The notes beneath the pieces are model-generated. The model saw only the letters and a list, made by a program, of their open reading frames with translations. It was not told the DNA's origin and made no database searches. Both the position numbers and the translations under genes were made by a program. Below are positions 20,139-29,035 of a DNA stretch of 64,000 bases, one piece after another; position 1 is the stretch's first letter; each line of letters opens with the position of its first letter. The stretch comes from a virus (lineage: Duplodnaviria; Caudoviricetes): positions 96,001-160,000 of the IMG/VR virus record IMGVR_UViG_3300032167_000004; one strand, written 5' to 3'.

Positions 20139-20150
20139 TAATATATTGTT
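20139..20150 (-). promoter_or_regulatory. Putative late promoter AACA-N6-TA
   Basis: Minus strand AACAATATATTA. Confidence 0.55.
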
Positions 20151-20155
20151 TTAAA

Positions 20156-22858
20156 TCAATAAGGTTCCCAGACTCCATCTTTTACAATATGTGGTGCATA
20201 TAAAACCCATTCTTCATTGTGGCAAATGAAACATTGATAGGTTCCAATACCAGGTATTGTTGTACTTCCGAGAGTTTCCCAATTAGCATTTACAGTGATA
20301 GAACCAGTAGTTCTAGTTGCTAATTCATTTTGTAAACTTATAGTATCTGTAAATGTTGCATCTTTACCTTCATTGATACCAGTGATTACATTATTGGTAT
20401 TATCTGTCCAATTACCAAATCTGGAACCAGGTTTATTAGCTTTAGCTAATGTTACACCATATAATATATTATACGTTGCCGGATTATTACTATTATTATT
20501 ACCTCCATTTAGACTATAATTAATACTATAATCGATCGGATCGTAATAAAAATTAAATGTCATGTCCGAGTCTTCTTGATAAATGGTTTTACCCATATTA
20601 TAGTATATGATACCATCATTTTCATTTACATGACCAAATTGGTTATTTAAAATAAATCCATTAGGAATATCAGATAATGCATTATCTGTATTTAAATTAA
20701 TTGCCAATTTATAAGTATTTGTAAATGTTTCAGATTTCATTAAATAACAAGTATTAGACTCAGCATTTCCATCATTATTTTTAAATCCCCGTAATAAGTG
20801 GTTAATTCTATTAGTATATGTATTGATTTTCCAAATAGCATATAATGTTATTGAAGTATTATCTGTATACATATCACCAGGTTGATATGTTGCAATATTA
20901 TCATTACTAATACTCCATCCCATAAATGTATAACCACTTTTTACAGGAATTAAATTACTAATCTGATAATCAGTTCCATATTGTTTATATTCTATACCAG
21001 GATTATTATCAGTAGCACCATTACCATTATATAAAATAGTATATGATATAGCAGACCAAACAGCATATAATGTTATTGAAGTATTATCTGTATATATATC
21101 ACCAGGTTTATATGTTACAATATCATCATTACTAATACTCCATCCCATAAATGTATAACCACTTTTTACAGGAATTAAATTACTAATCTGATAACTAAAA
21201 CCATATCGTTTAGTTCCTGATGAAGGAATATTATTACCATCATTTCCATCATATGTGATAGTATATAAGTTATATTCAACTTCGGGTATTAATGATACAT
21301 TCTGTGTAGGCATTATAAATGTTGTGGGATTAGTATTATCAGTTATTATAAAATCACCAGACCATTTAGAGAAATAATACACATCATTATCAAAAATTGC
21401 TTCAATTGTTACTGATGCACCATGTTCATAAACACCAGCACCATTAACACTTTGAATATCTGAGGTTTTAATTAATGAAACAGTATAAGTATTTCGGGTA
21501 TAATATAAATTGATAACTAAGCTACCATCAGATTTAACAGTCACTGTTGATACGATACTACCATTAACTTTACCCTCTTTATATACGAAACCATCAATAT
21601 TAGTTATTAAATTTGAGAGGGTTAATACACTATCAGCAGTAGCTACTCTATTTTCAGATAAATGTAAAGAATATGTATTAGTTCCTACATCTTTAATATG
21701 ATGGTTTATGGTATACACTATATCATCTTTAGCTACCCATTGTGCATATAATGTTATATTACTGGTCGGTGTATATGAATCTGTAATACAATATTCAGAA
21801 GATACACTTTCACCCCAACCTAAAAAGTTATAACCTTCTCTAGTTGCTGTGGGTAAATTAATAGTAGTAGTATTATCGGAAGAAATATTCCATATTGCGT
21901 ATACTGAGGTACTATCATTAAAAGATGTGGAATCTGTATATCTAGTACCATCACCTGTAGAATTAGAACACCAATATGCAAAATTATAATTCACTGTTCT
22001 AGTGGCATTATCGGAATATCTATTTACTGTACCACCATTACCATTATAAATAACAGTAAAAGTCTCACTACCACTAGATCTGGTAGGTTTAGATAATAAT
22101 GATAATGTGTTATTATTGTAAGTTGTTGATTGTGACGATGTTTGTGTAGCAGTTAATGTGGTTCCTGAATTATGGTTATATTGTACCTGCCATATTGTAC
22201 CATCAGTAGTATCACGCCATCCATTAAATGTGTAAGACGTTATAATATTTTTTGTTGCAGATAATGTGGTATTATTATTACCGCCATTAGCAATACCTGT
22301 AATAATAAAAGACTGATTATCATTAGTAGAATTACGATATGGTTGAGGTAAATCTAATGGTGTATTTTTATATTTTCTTAACTCATTATTTGAAGGGAAA
22401 TAATCCCATGTATAACCACCATTATTTAAATATACACTATAAAATGTTGAACCAGACGAACCCCCAGAATCACCACCATCATCGTCATCATCGTCATCAT
22501 CTGTAGTTAAGTTAAATCCTGTAATAGTTGCAGAAGCAGATTTATTACCAGAACCTGTAGAACAGTTTGCATTAACAGTAATACTACTTATTGATGCAGA
22601 GCCTGAACTACTTACATTAACAGTCATTCTTTCACTACAAATTTCAACAGGAGAGCCATAAGTTGCAACACTACCACTATCACTTATTCCGCCAGATACA
22701 GTATATCTAATATCCGTACCACCGGTAAAGTCTACACGTTGTACATAAATATTAAGTGTTACGTCTCTGGATGATCCCCAAGTATCATGCTCTGTTACAT
22801 CAGCGGTAATTTTAATTACACTAGTACTACCACTTGTTGACATTTTGACAGATGCCAT
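20156..22858 (-). CDS. InlB B-repeat virion protein, paralog of 17287..20016
   Basis: Same acidic linker and repeats; internal ~130-bp near-perfect repeat at 20838/21063. Confidence 0.8.
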   Translation of the reverse strand: MASVKMSTSGSTSVIKITADVTEHDTWGSSRDVTLNIYVQRVDFTGGTDIRYTVSGGISDSGSVATYGSPVEICSERMTVNVSSSGSASISSITVNANCSTGSGNKSASATITGFNLTTDDDDDDDDGGDSGGSSGSTFYSVYLNNGGYTWDYFPSNNELRKYKNTPLDLPQPYRNSTNDNQSFIITGIANGGNNNTTLSATKNIITSYTFNGWRDTTDGTIWQVQYNHNSGTTLTATQTSSQSTTYNNNTLSLLSKPTRSSGSETFTVIYNGNGGTVNRYSDNATRTVNYNFAYWCSNSTGDGTRYTDSTSFNDSTSVYAIWNISSDNTTTINLPTATREGYNFLGWGESVSSEYCITDSYTPTSNITLYAQWVAKDDIVYTINHHIKDVGTNTYSLHLSENRVATADSVLTLSNLITNIDGFVYKEGKVNGSIVSTVTVKSDGSLVINLYYTRNTYTVSLIKTSDIQSVNGAGVYEHGASVTIEAIFDNDVYYFSKWSGDFIITDNTNPTTFIMPTQNVSLIPEVEYNLYTITYDGNDGNNIPSSGTKRYGFSYQISNLIPVKSGYTFMGWSISNDDIVTYKPGDIYTDNTSITLYAVWSAISYTILYNGNGATDNNPGIEYKQYGTDYQISNLIPVKSGYTFMGWSISNDNIATYQPGDMYTDNTSITLYAIWKINTYTNRINHLLRGFKNNDGNAESNTCYLMKSETFTNTYKLAINLNTDNALSDIPNGFILNNQFGHVNENDGIIYYNMGKTIYQEDSDMTFNFYYDPIDYSINYSLNGGNNNSNNPATYNILYGVTLAKANKPGSRFGNWTDNTNNVITGINEGKDATFTDTISLQNELATRTTGSITVNANWETLGSTTIPGIGTYQCFICHNEEWVLYAPHIVKDGVWEPY

Positions 22859-22861
22859 TTT

Positions 22862-23047
22862 TTATCCCTCCTCTTCTTTAGTAGTATTATTAGGTTGATG
22901 AACCTTTAAGAATATAATTCTACCTTCATATAAATTGTTTGTAGGGAAACTATCTCTAAATAAATTACTATTAGATACAGCGTCTGCAGTCATATATTTT
23001 GTTAATAATTCTGATGCAGAATTTACAATAATTACATTATTACTCAT
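22862..23047 (-). CDS. Small hypothetical virion adaptor
   Basis: GGGGAGTG RBS; P...EGRIIFLKV motif like C-terminus of upstream gene. Confidence 0.6.
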   Translation of the reverse strand: MSNNVIIVNSASELLTKYMTADAVSNSNLFRDSFPTNNLYEGRIIFLKVHQPNNTTKEEEG

Positions 23048-23049
23048 AT

Positions 23050-23736
23050 TTATTCACTCCCCACTTCTAAGAAGAACATATCATTCTCAGTTAAAATACC
23101 AGGAGGTAAAGTGTCACCATATAAATTACTAGATAATATCACAGGTTTAGTGCTGATACTGCTACCAGGTACCTTTTTTAAATATAACGTACCTTTAGGA
23201 ACATCCGGAGGAAGAATTTCACCACATACGTCTTTACCCAATATTATAGGACCAGTTAATTCTTTAATAATTACATTAATATCAACATTTTTTGTACCGT
23301 CAAATTCTACACTACCTTCAGCATCACCAATAAGTGATATTTTTCTACCAGTAGTTAATTTTTCAGCAGAACCAGAGCTATAAATTTCATAACCTGCCTC
23401 ATCATATAATAATTCATCATCTTTTACATAAAACATCTTATTGGTTTCTAATACTTTAACAGTATCACCAATTTGAACATCTTCTTTTCTTAATTCAAAA
23501 CGTTCCTCATCATTTTCAACAATAACACATCGTTCTAATGCACCTTGAGGAATATTTTCAATAGGGATTACACCTTTTAAAATATTTGCAGGTAATTTAC
23601 CCTCTTCATCCAATTTTATAATTTTATGAGGAGCAGCTTCTTCTACAACATCTGTAACAGCAAGTTTATTATCTATCTTACTAACTAATTGACTAGTAAG
23701 ATAATTCAATTCACGATCAGATACAGCTTTATACAC
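23050..23736 (-). CDS. Short tail-fibre-related protein
   Basis: GTG start with AGGAGGTG; LNYL N-terminus, GALERC module, KLTTGRKISLIGDAEGSVEFDG fibre motif. Confidence 0.75.
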   Translation of the reverse strand: MYKAVSDRELNYLTSQLVSKIDNKLAVTDVVEEAAPHKIIKLDEEGKLPANILKGVIPIENIPQGALERCVIVENDEERFELRKEDVQIGDTVKVLETNKMFYVKDDELLYDEAGYEIYSSGSAEKLTTGRKISLIGDAEGSVEFDGTKNVDINVIIKELTGPIILGKDVCGEILPPDVPKGTLYLKKVPGSSISTKPVILSSNLYGDTLPPGILTENDMFFLEVGSE

Positions 23737-23770
23737 TGTTATTACACCTCCTTAAATTATTTTAAATTAT

Positions 23771-23798
23771 ATGGGTACATTCGTATGAATGTACCCAT
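23771..23798. repeat. Leader hairpin related to 20095 palindrome
   Basis: ATGGGTACATTC-GTAT-GAATGTACCCAT. Confidence 0.8.
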
Positions 23799-23806
23799 TT
23801 TTTATT

Positions 23807-23818
23807 TAATATACTGTT
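23807..23818 (-). promoter_or_regulatory. Putative late promoter AACA-N6-TA
   Basis: Minus strand AACAGTATATTA. Confidence 0.55.
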
Positions 23819-23827
23819 CTTTTTGTC

Positions 23828-24463
23828 TTAAGTGACATCCATATGAACACAACGATTATTCGTTCCTTCAATCTTGTAATGATATCTAATTCTAGGACGA
23901 GTATTTAAATAAGCTTCAATTTGATAAGCAGTTTTACCTTGAATGTAGAAATCCATTGCCTTACCATATAAATGTCTAGAATTAGAAACTCCACCCTCAT
24001 TTGCATTATGAACAGGACATCTAATACCACTAGTTACAATAACAGGTCCTAATTCTTCTCTCATAATATCTGCTTCTTCAAGTAATATTCTACTCATTGT
24101 AGCAGTATCACCTTTACAATGTCTGCCACCACATTTGCATGTAAATTCATCTTCTGTAAAATATTTAATACCTGCAAATACACCAGTCTTATTATTAGTA
24201 GTAGTTGTAGTATTGATAACAACTTTATTTGTAGAAGATGATGTAGTCGTTGTAGTATTTGTATTATTAATTTTAATACCTTCACCAATGACTTTTAATA
24301 TTTCTTCTTCAGTTTTAGGACCAAAAACTCCATCAGGAGTTAAATTTCTTTCTTTTTGAAATTGTTTAGTTGCTTCACTTGACTGAGCACCAAAATCACC
24401 ATCAATTTCACCTTTATATAAACCTAAATATGCTAATAAATTTTGTTTTTGTTTGTTAGTCAT
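23828..24463 (-). CDS. Endolysin: peptidoglycan-binding domain + peptidase M15
   Basis: IDGDFG..S..A.K.FQ....L.PDGVFG..T; Thr linker; SGIRCP.HN...GG..NSRHL.G.AMD..HMD. Confidence 0.9.
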   Translation of the reverse strand: MTNKQKQNLLAYLGLYKGEIDGDFGAQSSEATKQFQKERNLTPDGVFGPKTEEEILKVIGEGIKINNTNTTTTTSSSTNKVVINTTTTTNNKTGVFAGIKYFTEDEFTCKCGGRHCKGDTATMSRILLEEADIMREELGPVIVTSGIRCPVHNANEGGVSNSRHLYGKAMDFYIQGKTAYQIEAYLNTRPRIRYHYKIEGTNNRCVHMDVT

Positions 24464-24636
24464 AGACTCACCTCCTATATATTATTATAATGTGTAGAAA
24501 TATTAGTATTTTTAAATATAAGAATAAATATACATATATAGTATAATTTATCTCTGTTTATTTATATAAAAATTTATTATTAAATATGGCTCCTTTTGAC
24601 ATAATTAGTCACTTCATTTTTTAAATAAAATAATTA

Positions 24637-24674
24637 ATTATGGTTACTGATATTTAAATATCAGTAACCATAAT
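24637..24674 (-). terminator. 38-bp perfect palindrome closing Kelch cassette 1
   Basis: ATTATGGTTACTGATATTTAAATATCAGTAACCATAAT; near-identical copy at 26400. Confidence 0.75.
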
Positions 24675-24684
24675 CTTTATTTAA

Positions 24685-24813
24685 TTAATAATCTTCACCA
24701 ACAATTTCTTTATACTGTTCTTTAGTAATAACACCTTTACGAACAGCCATTTTTACCATAGGCTTGCTCCAAAGACCTGCTTCGTAATTAAACTTAACCT
24801 TTTCAAAGCTCAT
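24685..24813 (-). CDS. XkdX-family small protein (42 aa; missing from ORF track)
   Basis: MSFEKVKFNYEAGLWSKPMVKMAVRKGVITKEQYKEIVGEDY*, GGAGG RBS. Confidence 0.85.
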   Translation of the reverse strand: MSFEKVKFNYEAGLWSKPMVKMAVRKGVITKEQYKEIVGEDY

Positions 24814-24815
24814 AA

Positions 24816-25223
24816 TTATACCTCCACATCATCAAGTGTCATCATATTTTGATACTCAAGCTGAGCAGCGATGCTTGCCAGAGAAGTAGCGCTTAATTCA
24901 GCATTAGAAGCCTCAGCATCGGCTTTTTCTTTTTCGGCTTTTATAGCGGCAAGCTCTCTGGCTTCTTCGAATGCCTCAATTGTATCTAGTTTTTCTTGGT
25001 CTGTTTCACAGTTGGAAAAATCGCAACCCTGTACCATATACATATCAACCATTTGACCTAAAGTGCCGAAAAAGCCACCATTAATTTCGCCAGCAGCACA
25101 AACAACTGTAATAGAATCAAGACCAGCGATTGGATAACGCTGAATCCATTGTTCTGCCGTAAATACTTCGCCAACTGGTGTTAGAATCACATCTTGTTTA
25201 TTCCAAATTGCATATCTTTTCAT
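24816..25223 (-). CDS. Putative tail-fibre assembly/chaperone protein (copy 1)
   Basis: Close paralog of 26580..26987; precedes XkdX-like gene. Confidence 0.7.
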   Translation of the reverse strand: MKRYAIWNKQDVILTPVGEVFTAEQWIQRYPIAGLDSITVVCAAGEINGGFFGTLGQMVDMYMVQGCDFSNCETDQEKLDTIEAFEEARELAAIKAEKEKADAEASNAELSATSLASIAAQLEYQNMMTLDDVEV

Positions 25224-25243
25224 ATTATTTTCTCCTTTTATTG

Positions 25244-26371
25244 TTAGATTATAACATAAACATCGACTGTTGACATACTACTACCCACATATTGTTTATC
25301 CAAACCACCACCAAACAATGCGTAGTCACCAACGTGGGTTGCCGCTAAATTATTACGAGCCTTACTCAATGTACTCGGTGTTGTTTTAGTGAGAGATGTA
25401 TCATAGACATCAACAGTATCGTACATATTATAGTCTTCATATGCTCCTGCATCCGCACCACCACCAAACAATGCGTAGTCACCAACGTGGGTTGCCGCTA
25501 AACCGTATCTTGCCTTGCTCAATGTACTTGGCGTTGTTTTAGTGAGAGATGCATTATAGGCATCAACAGTAGAGTGTGGTATACCGTTATCAGTAGTGCT
25601 TGAATATGATGATGCACCTCCACCAAACAATGCATAGTCACCAATATGAGTCGCCGCTAGTCTACATCGAGCTACACTTAAATTTATGGGATTCGTCTGT
25701 GTAAGATATTTATCAAAAGAATGTATCGCATCAGTAACATATTCCCCGTCATTATAACACAAACCCCCACCAAACAATGCATAGTCACCAATATGGGTCG
25801 CCGCTAAATAAGAATAAGCTTTACTAAAATTTATAGACGATATCAATGTGAACGATGTGTTAAAACATTCTATTATTTCACCATTGCTAAATAATACATA
25901 ATTTCCAACACAAGATGCAGCGATGTCACATCTTTTACTTGTTTGTATCGTTGTTTGCGTAAGAAACTTGTTATATGCAGAAATAGCTTCGCCAGTTCTA
26001 AACACTGCATAATCATCGGTATGTGTCGCAGTGAAACTAACACCATACCCAGGTTTTAAAGAATCAACATTTGATTTTACCAACAAAGAGTTATAAACAT
26101 CTACATCATATTTTCGGCTAGTACTACTCCAACCACCACCAAATAAAGCATAATTACCAACATGGGTTGCTGCTAAATCATATCTAGCTGCACTTAAACC
26201 AGTTGCAGTTCCATAGTATACTAACTCTCCACCACTCCAACAAGGTCTAGCAACTCCACCAATACCTATATATGCTTTTTTAATTTTTCTAGCTACACCA
26301 TCAATACCTATATATGCTTTTTTAATTTTATGAGCAACATTATCAATACCTATATAAGCTCGTTTTGGCAT
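25244..26371 (-). CDS. Kelch-like beta-propeller, putative receptor-binding protein (copy 1)
   Basis: Repeats LS.AR..LAATHVGDYALFGGG...VDVY. Confidence 0.8.
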   Translation of the reverse strand: MPKRAYIGIDNVAHKIKKAYIGIDGVARKIKKAYIGIGGVARPCWSGGELVYYGTATGLSAARYDLAATHVGNYALFGGGWSSTSRKYDVDVYNSLLVKSNVDSLKPGYGVSFTATHTDDYAVFRTGEAISAYNKFLTQTTIQTSKRCDIAASCVGNYVLFSNGEIIECFNTSFTLISSINFSKAYSYLAATHIGDYALFGGGLCYNDGEYVTDAIHSFDKYLTQTNPINLSVARCRLAATHIGDYALFGGGASSYSSTTDNGIPHSTVDAYNASLTKTTPSTLSKARYGLAATHVGDYALFGGGADAGAYEDYNMYDTVDVYDTSLTKTTPSTLSKARNNLAATHVGDYALFGGGLDKQYVGSSMSTVDVYVII

Positions 26372-26399
26372 TAATAACCACCTCTATATAAATTTATTA

Positions 26400-26437
26400 A
26401 TTATGGTTACTGATATGTTAATATCAGTAACCATAAT
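26400..26437 (-). terminator. Hairpin closing Kelch cassette 2
   Basis: ATTATGGTTACTGATAT-GTTA-ATATCAGTAACCATAAT. Confidence 0.75.
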
Positions 26438-26447
26438 CTTTATTTAA

Positions 26448-26576
26448 TTAAAAATCTTCACCGACAATTTCTTTATATTGTTCTTTAGTAATAACACCTT
26501 TACGAACAGCCATTTTTACCATCGGCTTACTCCATAAACCTGCATCATAATTAAATTTAACCTTATCAAAACTCAT
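26448..26576 (-). CDS. XkdX-family small protein (42 aa, copy 2)
   Basis: MSFDKVKFNYDAGLWSKPMVKMAVRKGVITKEQYKEIVGEDF*. Confidence 0.85.
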   Translation of the reverse strand: MSFDKVKFNYDAGLWSKPMVKMAVRKGVITKEQYKEIVGEDF

Positions 26577-26579
26577 ATT

Positions 26580-26987
26580 TTATACCTCCACATCATCTAA
26601 TGTTATCATATTTTGGTACTCAAGTTGTGCAGCAATACTAGCTAAAGATGTAGCACTTAATTCTTCATTAGAAGCTTTAGTTTCAGCTGCAATCTTTGCA
26701 GCTTCAGCTGCAGCAAGATTTTCTGCTTCATCAAAAGCTTCAATTGCAGCAAGTTTTTCTTCAGGAGTATTACAATTAGAAAAATCACAACCTCTTGAAA
26801 CATACATATCAACCATTTGACCTAAGGTTCCAAAGAAACCACCATTAATTTCACCAGCAGCACAAACTACTGTAATAGAATCGATACCAGCAATAGGATA
26901 TCTTTGAATCCACTGTTCTGCTGTAAAAACTTCACCAACAGGTGTTAAAATTGTATCTTTCTTATTCCAAATTGCATATCTAGCCAT
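26580..26987 (-). CDS. Putative tail-fibre assembly/chaperone protein (copy 2)
   Basis: Paralog of 24816..25223. Confidence 0.7.
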   Translation of the reverse strand: MARYAIWNKKDTILTPVGEVFTAEQWIQRYPIAGIDSITVVCAAGEINGGFFGTLGQMVDMYVSRGCDFSNCNTPEEKLAAIEAFDEAENLAAAEAAKIAAETKASNEELSATSLASIAAQLEYQNMITLDDVEV

Positions 26988-27004
26988 TTTATTATTCTCC
27001 TTTT

Positions 27005-28174
27005 TTATTTTATAGTATATACCGTGACTTCACCCGTCCCACTAGCGCCATATTGTGGTGTTGAATTATCTCCACCACCAAATAATGCATAATCACCAAC
27101 ATGAGTAGCCGCTAATTTACTAACTCTACGTAATAGTGGTGAAGAGGTTGTTCTTGTAAGTGAACTATCATAAACATCTACTATATTAGTAGGGTCACTA
27201 CTAGCATTAAAACCCCCTGCAAATAGTGCAAAGTCACCAACATGTGTTGCAGCTAATTCATATCTTGCAATACTTAATGGTTCTTGTATGGATCGAGTTA
27301 ATGACGAGTCATACCCATTAACAACATCAGAAATGTTTCTTGAGCCGTTGTTGTTACCTATACCTCCGCCAAAAAGTGCATGATTCTCCACATATGTTGC
27401 GGCTAATTTTTCTTTTCTTTCGCTTAATGAATCTAATGATTCAATTTTTGTCAGAGATGAATCATATGCATCAACAAAATTATATCCACTACTATTTGCG
27501 CCATCGCCACCTGCAATAATTGCATAATCCCCGACATGTGTTGCTTTGGCATTCCATCTGCCATAGATCATACCAATTACCACTGTTGAACGTGTCAGCG
27601 ATTTATCATACGCATCGACTATATTACTTTCAATCGCATTTCCCATATATCCAGAATTTGTTGAGCCACCTGCAATGATTGCATAATCCCCGACATGTGT
27701 GCATGATGCCCCATATTTAGAGATATTCGGTTGTGTTGGGACTATTGCAGATAATGATTCAGTAAACGCAACAATATTACTCACATTAAGAATAGCATAA
27801 GTTCCAACATGTGTTGATGAAGCAAAATTAGAGGCGGTTGTATTATAATTGTAAATTATAGATTTGATTAAATTATAGTCATACACTTCAATCGAATCAG
27901 ATATATTACTACCTGCCGTAATTGTTCCAGCCATAAATAAAGCATATTTTCCGACATGTGTGGCGGTAAGGTTATATCGTTTCAAAGATAGATCATCTGC
28001 TGATCCATAATATACTAATTCTCCACCACTCCAAAAAGGTCTAGCAACTCCACCAATACCTATATATGCTTTTTTAATCTTTCTTGATATACCATTAATA
28101 CCAATATATCCTTTTTTAATTTTACGAGCCACATTATCAATACCTATATAAGCTTTTTTTGACAAATTACTCAC
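27005..28174 (-). CDS. Kelch-like beta-propeller, putative receptor-binding protein (copy 2)
   Basis: Same N-terminal KKAYIGI repeats to WSGGELVYYG, then diverged propeller blades. Confidence 0.8.
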   Translation of the reverse strand: MSNLSKKAYIGIDNVARKIKKGYIGINGISRKIKKAYIGIGGVARPFWSGGELVYYGSADDLSLKRYNLTATHVGKYALFMAGTITAGSNISDSIEVYDYNLIKSIIYNYNTTASNFASSTHVGTYAILNVSNIVAFTESLSAIVPTQPNISKYGASCTHVGDYAIIAGGSTNSGYMGNAIESNIVDAYDKSLTRSTVVIGMIYGRWNAKATHVGDYAIIAGGDGANSSGYNFVDAYDSSLTKIESLDSLSERKEKLAATYVENHALFGGGIGNNNGSRNISDVVNGYDSSLTRSIQEPLSIARYELAATHVGDFALFAGGFNASSDPTNIVDVYDSSLTRTTSSPLLRRVSKLAATHVGDYALFGGGDNSTPQYGASGTGEVTVYTIK

Positions 28175-28176
28175 CC

Positions 28177-28452
28177 TTATTCATATACAAAGTATAATTT
28201 ACCAGTTTGTAAAGCTGATACTCCTGCAGTTAAATCGGTAGGCCCATAATCATATAAATTATCAATTGCACTGGTAATCTGTTCATTAACAGGATCAGAT
28301 CCTACTTTTTCACTTAATAAATCAAATTCGTTTTTATTTGCAAAATCAGATGCATGTTTACCATCTAAAGTATCTGCATTACCACCATCTAATTTAGATA
28401 CTCCACCAAGTTTTTCCCATACACCATTTCTTTTAACCTTTAAAACAGCCAT
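28177..28452 (-). CDS. Small fibre adaptor protein
   Basis: GGNADTLDGKHASDF fibre repeat; C-terminal L.TGKLYFVYE. Confidence 0.75.
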   Translation of the reverse strand: MAVLKVKRNGVWEKLGGVSKLDGGNADTLDGKHASDFANKNEFDLLSEKVGSDPVNEQITSAIDNLYDYGPTDLTAGVSALQTGKLYFVYE

Positions 28453-28498
28453 TCACATACCTCCTTATTAAATTATTAATTTAATATTTATTAATATT

Positions 28499-29035
28499 TT
28501 AAGTATATTTAATGACAGTGTAATAGAATGTTCTATTTGCAATAGCAGTCCAACCGGAACCACCATAGTATTCAGCCGTAAGTGATATGGTTGTATTATT
28601 TCTTCTAATAACCCAATCAGTGAAAGCATTATAACTATCCATATGTAATGTTGTATTTAATCCACTACCATATTCTGCAAATACTGCTGTTGTAGCTTTT
28701 AATGTGCCATTATAATGTTCATTATAATGGATCATAACTAAATCTGGAATGAAGTTACAATTAATAGTTGCTGCTCCACTCGAATTAGTTGTAAAAGTAC
28801 CGCTTTCTTTTCCTCCATTGACAGGGATAGAAGATAGTGCAGATACTAAGTTACCACTTATTATAGAACTAGGCACTGTTCCACCTTTTTTCCCAATCAT
28901 AGAAAAAGCATTTAAAATATCATTTTGAATAGTATCCAAATATTTTAAAATATCATCGAGACCTATAGGGTCTGTAATTCCAACTATTTTACGAATTATA
29001 TTTGCAATTTCTGTCATTTTTGATTTTACACTCAT
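28499..29035 (-). CDS. Small putative receptor-binding/fibre tip protein
   Basis: TAATG coupling to 1788-aa gene; IANIIR N-terminal motif; SGTFT...PDLV...Y C-domain. Confidence 0.65.
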   Translation of the reverse strand: MSVKSKMTEIANIIRKIVGITDPIGLDDILKYLDTIQNDILNAFSMIGKKGGTVPSSIISGNLVSALSSIPVNGGKESGTFTTNSSGAATINCNFIPDLVMIHYNEHYNGTLKATTAVFAEYGSGLNTTLHMDSYNAFTDWVIRRNNTTISLTAEYYGGSGWTAIANRTFYYTVIKYT

